Virus record (IMG/VR): IMGVR_UViG_3300013280_000006
Coordinates: 1-64,000 of that record
Strand: one strand, 5' to 3'
Source of the DNA: a virus
Lineage: Duplodnaviria; Caudoviricetes
Length of the DNA stretch: 64,000 nt
The position numbers and the translations under genes are program-made. A model generated the notes under the pieces. The model was given only the letters and a program-made list of their open reading frames with translations. It had not been told where the DNA came from and ran no database searches. Shown piece after piece: positions 15,949 through 23,786 of the stretch. How positions within the stretch are numbered: the stretch's first letter is position 1; each line of letters begins with the position of its first letter.

Positions 15949-18579
15949 TTAATCACGAACAATCTCCGAGAAGGTCGACAACCACTCCTGGCGTAACTCT
16001 TCGTAAAGTGCCTTCGTACCCATCCAACCGTTTTCTACTTTAATAACCGCCTGCGTTGTTGGAAACGCCTGCTCAAGTATGATCGGATCAGGAACAAATA
16101 ATCTGGTTTTTTCCAGTGTTTCTCTGAGTCGATCCCAGTCTATTACATATCCAGTTTTTTTCTCCCAGATACCTTGATGTTTCTTTTCTACGCCTAGAGT
16201 TAAGTAACCTTTTTCAATTGCGTAGAAAATTGACCACAGTAGCATATGCCAACAACTTCTTCCGGTGGATTTTATGTTAAGACGCAACTGTGATGCATGC
16301 ACATCAGAGAGTCCGCCATCTTTAAGTACGCTAAGTACACAAGACCACACCGACTCCAATGAACAATCACTCAGCGCAGCTATGCGCGGAAGACAGTAGC
16401 CGAACAGCTCCCCCAGACCCTCCAGCTCTACAACTTGATTTGTTGCGGTGAGTATCAACCAATCAGGGTAACTCGCAACATTACTGATTTGACGAGCTGT
16501 TAATCCACATAATATTGCATTATGCTCTGGTCTATCTAACCACGACTCCCAGTGCTCAGCATCAAACTTCGATGGGTATGTTATTAGCGGCATGTCATGC
16601 TTTAGTTCTAACGTCTGGTATTCTTGCATTCTATCAATATTCATGGCTTTTCTTTGGGCGTAAGCCTGTAACCCGAGCACTGTACCAAGATGCGTTATCC
16701 CGGAAAATTCCTTCGCCCCTAGCGCAATACCTTGTTTTGGTAACCCAAATTTTGCACGAAGTAGATTTAAAAATATATACGTCAGCAAATTCAAATAGAA
16801 ATTAAAAGATTCAACGTTGTTCGCCCAGTTACTAACTGTGGTGTGCGGCGGAAACTGTCCACTTGGTAACAGGTGCGCAGACGGTACTTTAAACATAGAC
16901 CCGTCTTTTGGTGTCGGGGTAAAGCTGTTCACACCTACCTCAAACTGAACAAATCGCCACAACTTCTGTACTGGGTACCAGCCGATTTTAGTAATTGCGT
17001 TAATAATGCGAGGTCGACTCAGATTCATAACAATTGCAAATAAATCTTTTGCCCGCTTCTCATCTATCGACGGAACAAGTCCAATACGAAGACATTGATC
17101 GGTTATCCAGTTAGAGAAGTTTTTTCTAATAGTTTGTTCGGTATCTTTAAATTCGATAACCTTGTCTACGATTGAAATATTTCCAGACAGCACTCTATCT
17201 GTATCAGTTTGCAGTATTTCTGTGAACTCTACGCAGACATCAAGTACTTGAATTTCATTTGGATTTCTAACATCTGTAGATAATTGAAATATACCTTTTC
17301 CCGGTCTATAGCTAAATACCAAGGATCCGTACTGAACTGTCCTGGCAATATCAACCCTGTAGAAGCACGCCGAGATCTTAACCCACTCGCCGTCTGTACA
17401 AGCTTTACGTAGCATTTCCATCTCATCGTACGTAAGCATTGGATCAAGTTGTGTAATGAGTAATTGACGTTGAGTGTGGTCCGGTGTCAGTAGAAGTTGC
17501 TTAAGTGCTAAGACCCAAGGAACAGCACTATCCTTGATCTGCTTCACAACACCGTCAAATTGTGTAGCTACAAACGCCTTTTTAACCTTATCAAATTCTG
17601 GCAGGTTTGGTCGCATTGCGATAAACCCTCTGTCTTTGAGTTGTCTGGCGGCGTTTATTCCGTCTATGTTTATGTTATAGTCCCAGAAAATAATTCGTTT
17701 TGCTTTTAGCGACTGAAACGCTAAAGCTGTTGTTGTTGCATAATATGAACGCGAACGACCGCAGTATGCAAAAAATCCACAATCGTCATCTGTATGATGA
17801 GTGTTAAACCAACGTGAACGTATATATAAAAATAGAATAGGATCAACTAATCCTATTACATCCTCATCTATTGTGGACACAGCAGACAGTCCGAGTATTC
17901 CGCCTTCGGACAGCGCCGGTATACAGTTCAAGTGTTTGAAGGCTGGGGTATTGTCAAGAAGTAATAAACTGGCCAGTTGTCCTGGGGCAATCTCATATGG
18001 AAGCATAAGGCAATCTGCCCACATGAAATCGTTCTTTGTTAGTTTTGAATACAGTAAGCCTGAAAGCTGCCTAGCGCCGGCCCACGATAAAGAACCTCCA
18101 AAGCGACCAAGTGTTGCCTGTAGTTCGAGCTTGGTCTGATTCGACCACAGATCAAGTCTTTCAAGAATATCAATTGTATTGAGCGGTGCATCATTGCACA
18201 CTCTTTGATGTGCGCGCCTGATTACGTGTCCAAGATCGTCTAACCGTTCACGATAAACTACGTACTCAGAAATTTGTGATTCTAGGTTATTTACACCGAT
18301 AGAAAGTCCGATATCATTAATAAGTGAGTAGACGGCAGTCCGAACCACAGGAATGTTCTTCAGCTCTTGATACAATTGGATGGATGTCCAAGCAGCTTTA
18401 CACTTTGCACAATGCCACCGCCAACCAGCGGTTTCAAAGTCGCGATAAATGTTCATCAGCGCAGCATTACATCTTGGGCAAATCGTGGAGCGCACTACGC
18501 CGTCGCGTATGTTAAGATTGAAGTGTCTCGCAATCGCCTCGTAATCAACAAATCGTTCAAAATTTCCCGGAGTAACCAT
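15949..18579 (-). CDS. Large protein with N-terminal Zn finger, possibly primase-related replication protein
   Basis: 876 aa. N-terminal CPRC...WHCAKC spacing resembles the DnaG CHC2-type Zn-binding domain; no convincing TOPRIM or Walker motifs found by eye. Confidence 0.45.
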   Translation of the reverse strand: MVTPGNFERFVDYEAIARHFNLNIRDGVVRSTICPRCNAALMNIYRDFETAGWRWHCAKCKAAWTSIQLYQELKNIPVVRTAVYSLINDIGLSIGVNNLESQISEYVVYRERLDDLGHVIRRAHQRVCNDAPLNTIDILERLDLWSNQTKLELQATLGRFGGSLSWAGARQLSGLLYSKLTKNDFMWADCLMLPYEIAPGQLASLLLLDNTPAFKHLNCIPALSEGGILGLSAVSTIDEDVIGLVDPILFLYIRSRWFNTHHTDDDCGFFAYCGRSRSYYATTTALAFQSLKAKRIIFWDYNINIDGINAARQLKDRGFIAMRPNLPEFDKVKKAFVATQFDGVVKQIKDSAVPWVLALKQLLLTPDHTQRQLLITQLDPMLTYDEMEMLRKACTDGEWVKISACFYRVDIARTVQYGSLVFSYRPGKGIFQLSTDVRNPNEIQVLDVCVEFTEILQTDTDRVLSGNISIVDKVIEFKDTEQTIRKNFSNWITDQCLRIGLVPSIDEKRAKDLFAIVMNLSRPRIINAITKIGWYPVQKLWRFVQFEVGVNSFTPTPKDGSMFKVPSAHLLPSGQFPPHTTVSNWANNVESFNFYLNLLTYIFLNLLRAKFGLPKQGIALGAKEFSGITHLGTVLGLQAYAQRKAMNIDRMQEYQTLELKHDMPLITYPSKFDAEHWESWLDRPEHNAILCGLTARQISNVASYPDWLILTATNQVVELEGLGELFGYCLPRIAALSDCSLESVWSCVLSVLKDGGLSDVHASQLRLNIKSTGRSCWHMLLWSIFYAIEKGYLTLGVEKKHQGIWEKKTGYVIDWDRLRETLEKTRLFVPDPIILEQAFPTTQAVIKVENGWMGTKALYEELRQEWLSTFSEIVRD

Positions 18580-19687
18580 GTTCTCGCACCAGGTAGTTAA
18601 TACTGTTCGTCAAACCTACGGCATGCCCGAATTCGTTAAACAAGCAGAGCTAGACGAGCCTGCAAATAGCCTTGGGTACAAATTTGCTGATCCTGTGAAT
18701 AATAAATACCCTATTCACAACAAGTCAGCATGTTACGTATCCAACGCTATGTTCTGGCACGAAGCTCTAAGCAATAGTACAGGATCTAAGGAAGTCGGAC
18801 AAGCTTTAATCAAGGCTGCCGAATTCTGGGGAATTCTGCCGGATGTGCAAGAACGTATTCTTTCGCAAAGTGTCAAGCAAGCCTCTATGATGACGATGGA
18901 ACAACTTCCTGATTCCTCGTTTGCCTTAGTTCAAAACGATCCAGAGAACCCGGCAGAGAAGATTCGGCTGTATCCAATTCTGGACCCAGAGACAACAAAG
19001 CTTGCTGCTGATAGTCTTTACATGAATCGATTTAACATGCCTCTTGGCTGGAAGAAGCAAGCTGCCACTCGTATTCTTGCAGAGTATGAAAAAATGGCGG
19101 CAGATGTACAGCTGTCGCATGCGTTAAGTGAGCCAGTAAGAGACTATCTAGATAGAGCTGCAGGTTGCGGTATCACAACAAGCAAGACTCTTGCAGTTGT
19201 GTTGGAGAAAAGAGCGCAGATGCTTGCCGCGAAAAAAATGACCAAGGAAAGTCAGGCTCTGAAAGAAGCTGCAAAGGTTTTGCGTAGTCAGAGAAGTACT
19301 CGCACTGTATGCGAAAAGACTGCAGCTTTGTTGGACGAGGTAGACACTCGTACTGGTCTTTATCGCGAATACTCAAGTATGCTCGATCTGCCGGAAGAGG
19401 CTTGTCACGCAGTGTTGACCCGACACGCAGTGAACGAATTGGCTAAGTATGTCAAGACAGCAAGCGGATCTACGTATCGCTTAGATGATTTGGTTAAGGC
19501 TGCACAAGCATTTCGCGTTAACGACGTCAACGTAGAGAACGATCTTGGAGATGTCGATTTTGAAAAGGTTCGAGAGTTCGCGAAGACGGCTAGCGCAGCC
19601 GAAGCAAACAAAGTAGATATCGCGCTGAGCAATCTCGGTATCGAACAAGCAAAACTTCCGTTTGATCTTAATATCTTCACTAAGTAA
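18578..19687 (+). CDS. KxA-motif-rich protein, putative head/inner-head protein
   Basis: 369 aa with GGAG RBS; at least 13 K-x-A motifs; function inferred only. Confidence 0.45.
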   Translation: MFSHQVVNTVRQTYGMPEFVKQAELDEPANSLGYKFADPVNNKYPIHNKSACYVSNAMFWHEALSNSTGSKEVGQALIKAAEFWGILPDVQERILSQSVKQASMMTMEQLPDSSFALVQNDPENPAEKIRLYPILDPETTKLAADSLYMNRFNMPLGWKKQAATRILAEYEKMAADVQLSHALSEPVRDYLDRAAGCGITTSKTLAVVLEKRAQMLAAKKMTKESQALKEAAKVLRSQRSTRTVCEKTAALLDEVDTRTGLYREYSSMLDLPEEACHAVLTRHAVNELAKYVKTASGSTYRLDDLVKAAQAFRVNDVNVENDLGDVDFEKVREFAKTASAAEANKVDIALSNLGIEQAKLPFDLNIFTK

Positions 19688-19689
19688 CT

Positions 19690-19705
19690 TTCTCACGCAT
19701 GAGAA
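19690..19705. promoter_or_regulatory. Palindrome TTCTCA-N4-TGAGAA upstream of start codon 19715
   Basis: TTCTCACGCATGAGAA; the same palindrome occurs at 60122-60137 upstream of the spike gene. Confidence 0.45.
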
Positions 19706-19714
19706 GATCTTACG

Positions 19715-20404
19715 ATGCTCACCGAAACCCAACGGTCACTTATTCGTCACGTTCTTGAAAATCAAGAAACGTTTACATTTACCATCGCTACTATTCTGTT
19801 AGATAACTATGAAACACAGTGGCTCGATTGGGAGATCGAGACGATCGAAAGAGAGTTGTTTGAAGACTTTGGAGCAAGACTTCAAAAGCAAAATCGCGAC
19901 AAGGTTCTTACCGCACAAATTCTTATGACTACTGACCAGTTCTACACAGACTGGCTAGTATTTAATTATGCATGCGAGGTTTTGAACAATGACCCAGTGT
20001 TTCTTGATATCTTCGATCCAGCAACGCCAGATCAACTTTGCTGGGCTGTGATCGAAGCGGCGCTCTTCGAAAGTAAAGAGTCTGCGCCGGAGTTTTCTGA
20101 TGAGGTCAAGAGTTTTGTCGGAGTGAACCTAAGTTACCACGGAATCCACACTCCACCAAAGGTTCTAACGTTTGCAACAATGCCAGATTCGTCTACCCGT
20201 ACGTCAGAACTAGAGCCTGACCCAATAATGATTGAGGCGCTGCAAAGACGACAGATCGACAATCACGATAAGCTCGCTGATTATGTAAACACTAGAATGG
20301 GTGAGTTACTTGCTGAGCTTGAGCGGGTTCCATTGCAGCATAGAGACGACTCGTCATGGAAGCCAATGTACGACAAACTTAGCGGAGCTTTAGCTACGCT
20401 TTAA
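19715..20404 (+). CDS. Hypothetical acidic protein
   Basis: 229-aa clean ORF co-oriented with the KxA protein. Confidence 0.75.
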   Translation: MLTETQRSLIRHVLENQETFTFTIATILLDNYETQWLDWEIETIERELFEDFGARLQKQNRDKVLTAQILMTTDQFYTDWLVFNYACEVLNNDPVFLDIFDPATPDQLCWAVIEAALFESKESAPEFSDEVKSFVGVNLSYHGIHTPPKVLTFATMPDSSTRTSELEPDPIMIEALQRRQIDNHDKLADYVNTRMGELLAELERVPLQHRDDSSWKPMYDKLSGALATL

Positions 20405-20723
20405 TGTTCGCAATATTTATTGTGGTATCGGTCTTGACCAAAGTATAACTATTTTGAAGATTTACCCAATCCACAAGAAGAGCGGTAAGATTTCTAGTAA
20501 TAGCATTAATAGTGTACGAAGTCACCAAGTTAGATAAGACTATATGTCCATATCCGTTGCTAGCCGCTGAAAACCAACGATAGTCCGGTGCGTGCAAACT
20601 ACCCGAAAAATTATACTGTATGTACCTTTTAGACAAGTAAGACAATCGATCAGTAGTCTGTGTTTTAAGTTCTGTGTGAAAATAGATGTTAAAGATGGGT
20701 TTACAAATTTGTCTCATTTTCAA
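20394..20723 (-). CDS. Small hypothetical protein
   Basis: 109 aa, basic N-terminus like the array genes. Confidence 0.5.
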   Translation of the reverse strand: MKMRQICKPIFNIYFHTELKTQTTDRLSYLSKRYIQYNFSGSLHAPDYRWFSAASNGYGHIVLSNLVTSYTINAITRNLTALLVDWVNLQNSYTLVKTDTTINIANIKA

Positions 20724-20786
20724 GCTCCGATTGTTCGACCCCTAAAAATTTTCAATATCGATTTATAAAGCCGAAGTTAAAAAACC

Positions 20787-20864
20787 GCGCTTCACTAGAT
20801 TAGAGGATCGAAGAGTAGGATTATCAAAACCTACGTCTACAAGCCAATAAATCTAGTGAAGCGC
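20787..20864. repeat. Perfect 15-bp inverted repeat with internal hairpin
   Basis: gcgcttcactagatt (20787-20801) / aatctagtgaagcgc (20850-20864); inner gtagg...cctac. Confidence 0.75.
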
Positions 20865-20868
20865 AGTC

Positions 20869-20908
20869 AAACAAAGGCTACCCGGGCACCAGTAATACCC
20901 GGGTAGCC
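20869..20908 (-). terminator. Rho-independent terminator
   Basis: 11-bp stem ggctacccggg/cccgggtagcc (20876-86/20898-908) followed on the minus strand by TTTGTTT, just downstream of 20948..21208. Confidence 0.75.
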
Positions 20909-20947
20909 GCCGAACGTCGTGCACAAGCACAACGCCCAGCCGAGTGT

Positions 20948-21208
20948 TCATTTCTTCTTGGTGGTTTTGTCAGCAGGAGTCTTGGTCTTGGCGCTGGTCT
21001 TGGAGTCGGCCACGGTGGCAGCTGCAGCCTTCGGAAGAGCAGCAGCCGAGACTCGGTGCACAGCATTGCAGACCGTGCAGTACTGTTTCTCTTCGGTCTT
21101 CGCGGCACCGCGTTTTCCGCCGCGCGCCGTGTAGACACGGCGGTTCTTGCCGTAGGTGCGGTCCTGGAACTCGTGCGGTTGGCACGTCTTGCACTCACGA
21201 ATCGGCAT
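20948..21208 (-). CDS. Small Zn-binding basic protein with Ala/Lys/Thr-rich tail
   Basis: CKTC..HEFQDRTYG..RRVY...YCTVC motif typical of a small phage Zn-ribbon family; histone-like AK tail; GC-rich codons. Confidence 0.7.
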   Translation of the reverse strand: MPIRECKTCQPHEFQDRTYGKNRRVYTARGGKRGAAKTEEKQYCTVCNAVHRVSAAALPKAAAATVADSKTSAKTKTPADKTTKKK

Positions 21209-21219
21209 CGTTCACCCTT

Positions 21220-21438
21220 TCACGGTTCGTCGCGAAATTCGTACTTTGTATGCAAAGGCAACGTTGCTGCCCGTGCACCAGTAAGCTTTCTAAAATGATA
21301 CCAGTAACCTGTCCGTGTCTGTGTTGGACTTTTCCAGTAGATCACTGGATTCCAATTATCCGGAGCCCCAGGTATCCGGATAGGAATCCACAAAGCTAAT
21401 GCAATTTTAAGTACTACTATTGGTAGGGTGGTATTCAT
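21220..21438 (-). CDS. Small hypothetical protein with hydrophobic N-terminus
   Basis: 72-aa ORF filling the gap between the tRNA region and 21208. Confidence 0.45.
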   Translation of the reverse strand: MNTTLPIVVLKIALALWIPIRIPGAPDNWNPVIYWKSPTQTRTGYWYHFRKLTGARAATLPLHTKYEFRDEP

Positions 21439-21559
21439 AGCACACCGATTATACTCAGCACAATAATTACAGTAAGTGCAGTGAGTAAACCTGGCAGAAA
21501 ACGCGGATGCTCAAATATTGTTGAAATCAGACTTTGTTCTTCGTCTGCTTTCCACATAA

Positions 21560-21643
21560 AGCCAACGGCAGGATTCGAACCTGCGGTGTGCTCGCGCAAC
21601 AGCATTACAAAAGCTGCCCTTTCAGCCACTCAGGCACGTTGGC
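21560..21643 (-). tRNA. trnT: tRNA with UGU anticodon (Thr) and long variable arm, CCA not encoded
   Basis: GCCAACG-TG-CCTGAGTGGCTGAAAGG-G-CAGCT-TT[TGT]AA-TGCTG-TTGCGCGAGCACACC-GCAGG-TTCGAAT-CCTGC-CGTTGGC-T; perfect 7-bp acceptor stem, 5-bp T stem and TTCGAAT loop. Confidence 0.85.
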
Positions 21644-21656
21644 TATGGGACCCCTC

Positions 21657-21687
21657 GGCGCTGCTCTACCAGCTGAGCTAAGGCGGC
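21657..21687 (-). pseudogene. 5' half of a class I tRNA (acceptor 5' strand plus D arm), truncated
   Basis: GCCGCCT-TA-GCTC-AGCTGGTA-GAGC-A-GCGCC, then no pairing anticodon stem or T arm; ends 13 nt before the full tRNA. Confidence 0.65.
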
Positions 21688-21870
21688 TAAGGAATCTAAT
21701 GATACTCTACTGCAAACAAGAAAAACATACCCATTATTTGAATAGGTAAAAATTAGTAGAAAATGTCTAAGTCGCGGTAACTAGGTTAACTGCAGCTTTT
21801 CATTAATCGAAACAGTGCCTTTGATTAAAAAGCACCGAGTGACGACTAATAAAAAGCTGTAGGTACAAAG

Positions 21871-22164
21871 TCACGGTTTGATCTGCTGAATGTCCTGCAA
21901 GATTTTCTGCAGACGAGCTTGGTAGGTTTGCTCGTCTATCGAGAGAGCTCCAGGCTTGGTAGATGCAGAGATGTCCTCTACTAATTCCCCGACTTCTCTG
22001 GCCCTCTTCAGAAGTTCAGACAAGAGCTCGGTCAGCGAAGCGACCCGCTCTTTCGACGTGTTCAGGTACGTCAAGTCATCCATTTTGCTGCTCCTTCTGG
22101 GCGAGAATGCAAGATCGCACCACGCAGTGTATGTGATGCCAGCTATGTATAGAACCTGTTTCAA
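21871..22164 (-). CDS. Small coiled-coil hypothetical protein
   Basis: Likely starts at internal MDDLTYL (AGGAG RBS). Confidence 0.55.
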   Translation of the reverse strand: MKQVLYIAGITYTAWCDLAFSPRRSSKMDDLTYLNTSKERVASLTELLSELLKRAREVGELVEDISASTKPGALSIDEQTYQARLQKILQDIQQIKP

Positions 22165-22354
22165 GCAGTCGTATATGAGACTCTAGTGCGCTAAACTCTA
22201 TTGAAAGCTTGGAGCCCCACCCAACCGGGACCGGCTCTTCCGAGCTAGCGTACTGGAGGTCTTCAATTTTGGACATGATATTAGTCCAAAGACCGGCCAG
22301 CCTTCTTATGGTTCTAATTCTTCTTTTAGTTGTAGTTCTTCCCTGCCTGGTCAC
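22076..22354 (-). CDS. Small hypothetical protein, paralog family D
   Basis: GAGG RBS; KRRI...W.N...L..EF..L...I.L...G..H...H....RS pattern shared with 22380..22640. Confidence 0.6.
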   Translation of the reverse strand: MTRQGRTTTKRRIRTIRRLAGLWTNIMSKIEDLQYASSEEPVPVGWGSKLSIEFSALESHIRLLETGSIHSWHHIHCVVRSCILAQKEQQNG

Positions 22355-22379
22355 GTTGCCTCATTAATCTACGGAGCGG

Positions 22380-22640
22380 CTAGATTCCCACGCAGCAGCC
22401 CATCGACCGCGCCATGTTGTCTACATGGAGCCTGCAGTGGCTATCCCCTGAATCACGCAACGTTATTCGTGATATCAGTTCTCCAAACTCCGTATAGAGT
22501 TCGGGTGACGACTCATCCTTCGTCAATCTCTCCTGACTCATGTGCTGAGATTTTCTAGCCATGACCACCGCGTTAATCCAAATCTTGTTCAGCTTTGTGT
22601 ACATGATTCTTCTTTTATATCTGTTTCTGTGTTCGGTCAT
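22380..22640 (-). CDS. Small hypothetical protein, paralog family D
   Basis: GGAGGTAAC RBS before ATG; weak paralog of 22076..22354. Confidence 0.65.
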   Translation of the reverse strand: MTEHRNRYKRRIMYTKLNKIWINAVVMARKSQHMSQERLTKDESSPELYTEFGELISRITLRDSGDSHCRLHVDNMARSMGCCVGI

Positions 22641-22672
22641 GTTACCTCCGTAATCTACTGGGCTGACTCTCG

Positions 22673-23278
22673 TCAGCTCAGTAGTGTTGTTGTGGTTTGG
22701 AGAGCTCGAACGAGCTCTGTCATGAGACCAGCTACAGCGGAGTCCACGACTTTCGTGCCGGGAGTTGCCTGGTAGAGCAGAAGTGACGCACCTTCTGGTA
22801 CATCCGGATTAAACGCTAGATAACGTTTAGACACCTGAAATTCCGACGTCCCGTTGAGCAGAAACGCCGTATGTTCGTCTAGAGCCGCTCGTTCATACTG
22901 CTCTTTTTTTGCCACTTGAAACATTGTGACTCGTGCGAACACGTCAAGATGCCTCGACTGTGTTTTCGATAGAGCGCCGAGTCTTCCCTCAAGGATTATG
23001 CAGTAGTCTACCAGTGTGGGCCAGAACTCCCAGCTGACGTGGTCTCCTGCTAGTGACAACAGGTAGGCTAACCAGCGCGGCATCAGCTCCTCTGGGCAGT
23101 TGCCTGGACGAGCATGAAGATCTCCGGCCATCGCCGGATACAATCCGATCAGCTGTCGCCCATTTAACCCTACGTCACCCCATCTGCCTCGTATCAGGCA
23201 TCCTGTGCTTTTTGCATTAGCTAATGTGAGTAGATTGGTGGTCGGGCGACTAGGTCCCATTGCGGTTCTTTTTGCCAT
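22673..23278 (-). CDS. Hypothetical protein
   Basis: 201 aa with GGAGGTAAC RBS. Confidence 0.7.
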   Translation of the reverse strand: MAKRTAMGPSRPTTNLLTLANAKSTGCLIRGRWGDVGLNGRQLIGLYPAMAGDLHARPGNCPEELMPRWLAYLLSLAGDHVSWEFWPTLVDYCIILEGRLGALSKTQSRHLDVFARVTMFQVAKKEQYERAALDEHTAFLLNGTSEFQVSKRYLAFNPDVPEGASLLLYQATPGTKVVDSAVAGLMTELVRALQTTTTLLS

Positions 23279-23338
23279 GTTACCTCCTTCCTAAGAAGTA
23301 AGGAACCACAAGCTAATATGACGCAAAAACCGCAATAA

Positions 23339-23785
23339 TTAAGCACTTATTTTTGGGGTTATTCCATGCAGTATACCGCTTATAGATACGCTAATTGAGT
23401 AAATAGGCTCTGCCTTGTTCGTTTCTGCCCAGGTATCCGAGGTATAGTCATAGAGCACACTCCACCCAGTGACCACCACGTATCTATTGTCTATAAGCAT
23501 CAGAATAAACCCATGACTGGCTACCTCATCCGGATTAGAGAGGTACCCATCAAACGCATGTTTAACCCTACCACCTACAGCATAGCAATGTTCAACAACC
23601 CCATTGAGGGCCTTTATAAGCACGCTATACAGAACCACGTAACCGGCCTCTTTAAAGGTTAAAACCGCATCTTGCTCGGGTGGCTCTTCATTTAAAGCGT
23701 ACTTAAAAAAAGCGCGGACTTTTCCGAAGTCCGCGCTCAAGTCGTATAGCAGGTTAGTTAGCTTTACAGTGTCGGTTGGACCCAT
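23339..23785 (-). CDS. Hypothetical protein
   Basis: 148-aa clean ORF at the end of the long minus-strand operon. Confidence 0.65.
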   Translation of the reverse strand: MGPTDTVKLTNLLYDLSADFGKVRAFFKYALNEEPPEQDAVLTFKEAGYVVLYSVLIKALNGVVEHCYAVGGRVKHAFDGYLSNPDEVASHGFILMLIDNRYVVVTGWSVLYDYTSDTWAETNKAEPIYSISVSISGILHGITPKISA

Positions 23786-23786
23786 C

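Noticed and set aside
21435-21629. Track ORF MAERAAFVMLLREHTAGSNPAVG...
   Set aside because: Its 5' part is a translation of the tRNA; at most a ~40-aa peptide from the ATG near 21557 could be real
21560-21643. Reading the tRNA as Tyr (GUA), which would explain the long variable arm
   Set aside because: GTA is off-centre by one base; the stem pairing centres the loop on TGT
21766-21790. Resemblance to a preQ1-I riboswitch (GTCGCGGTAAC...GTTAAC)
   Set aside because: P1 stem is imperfect, the A-rich 3' tail is missing, and there is no downstream plus-strand gene
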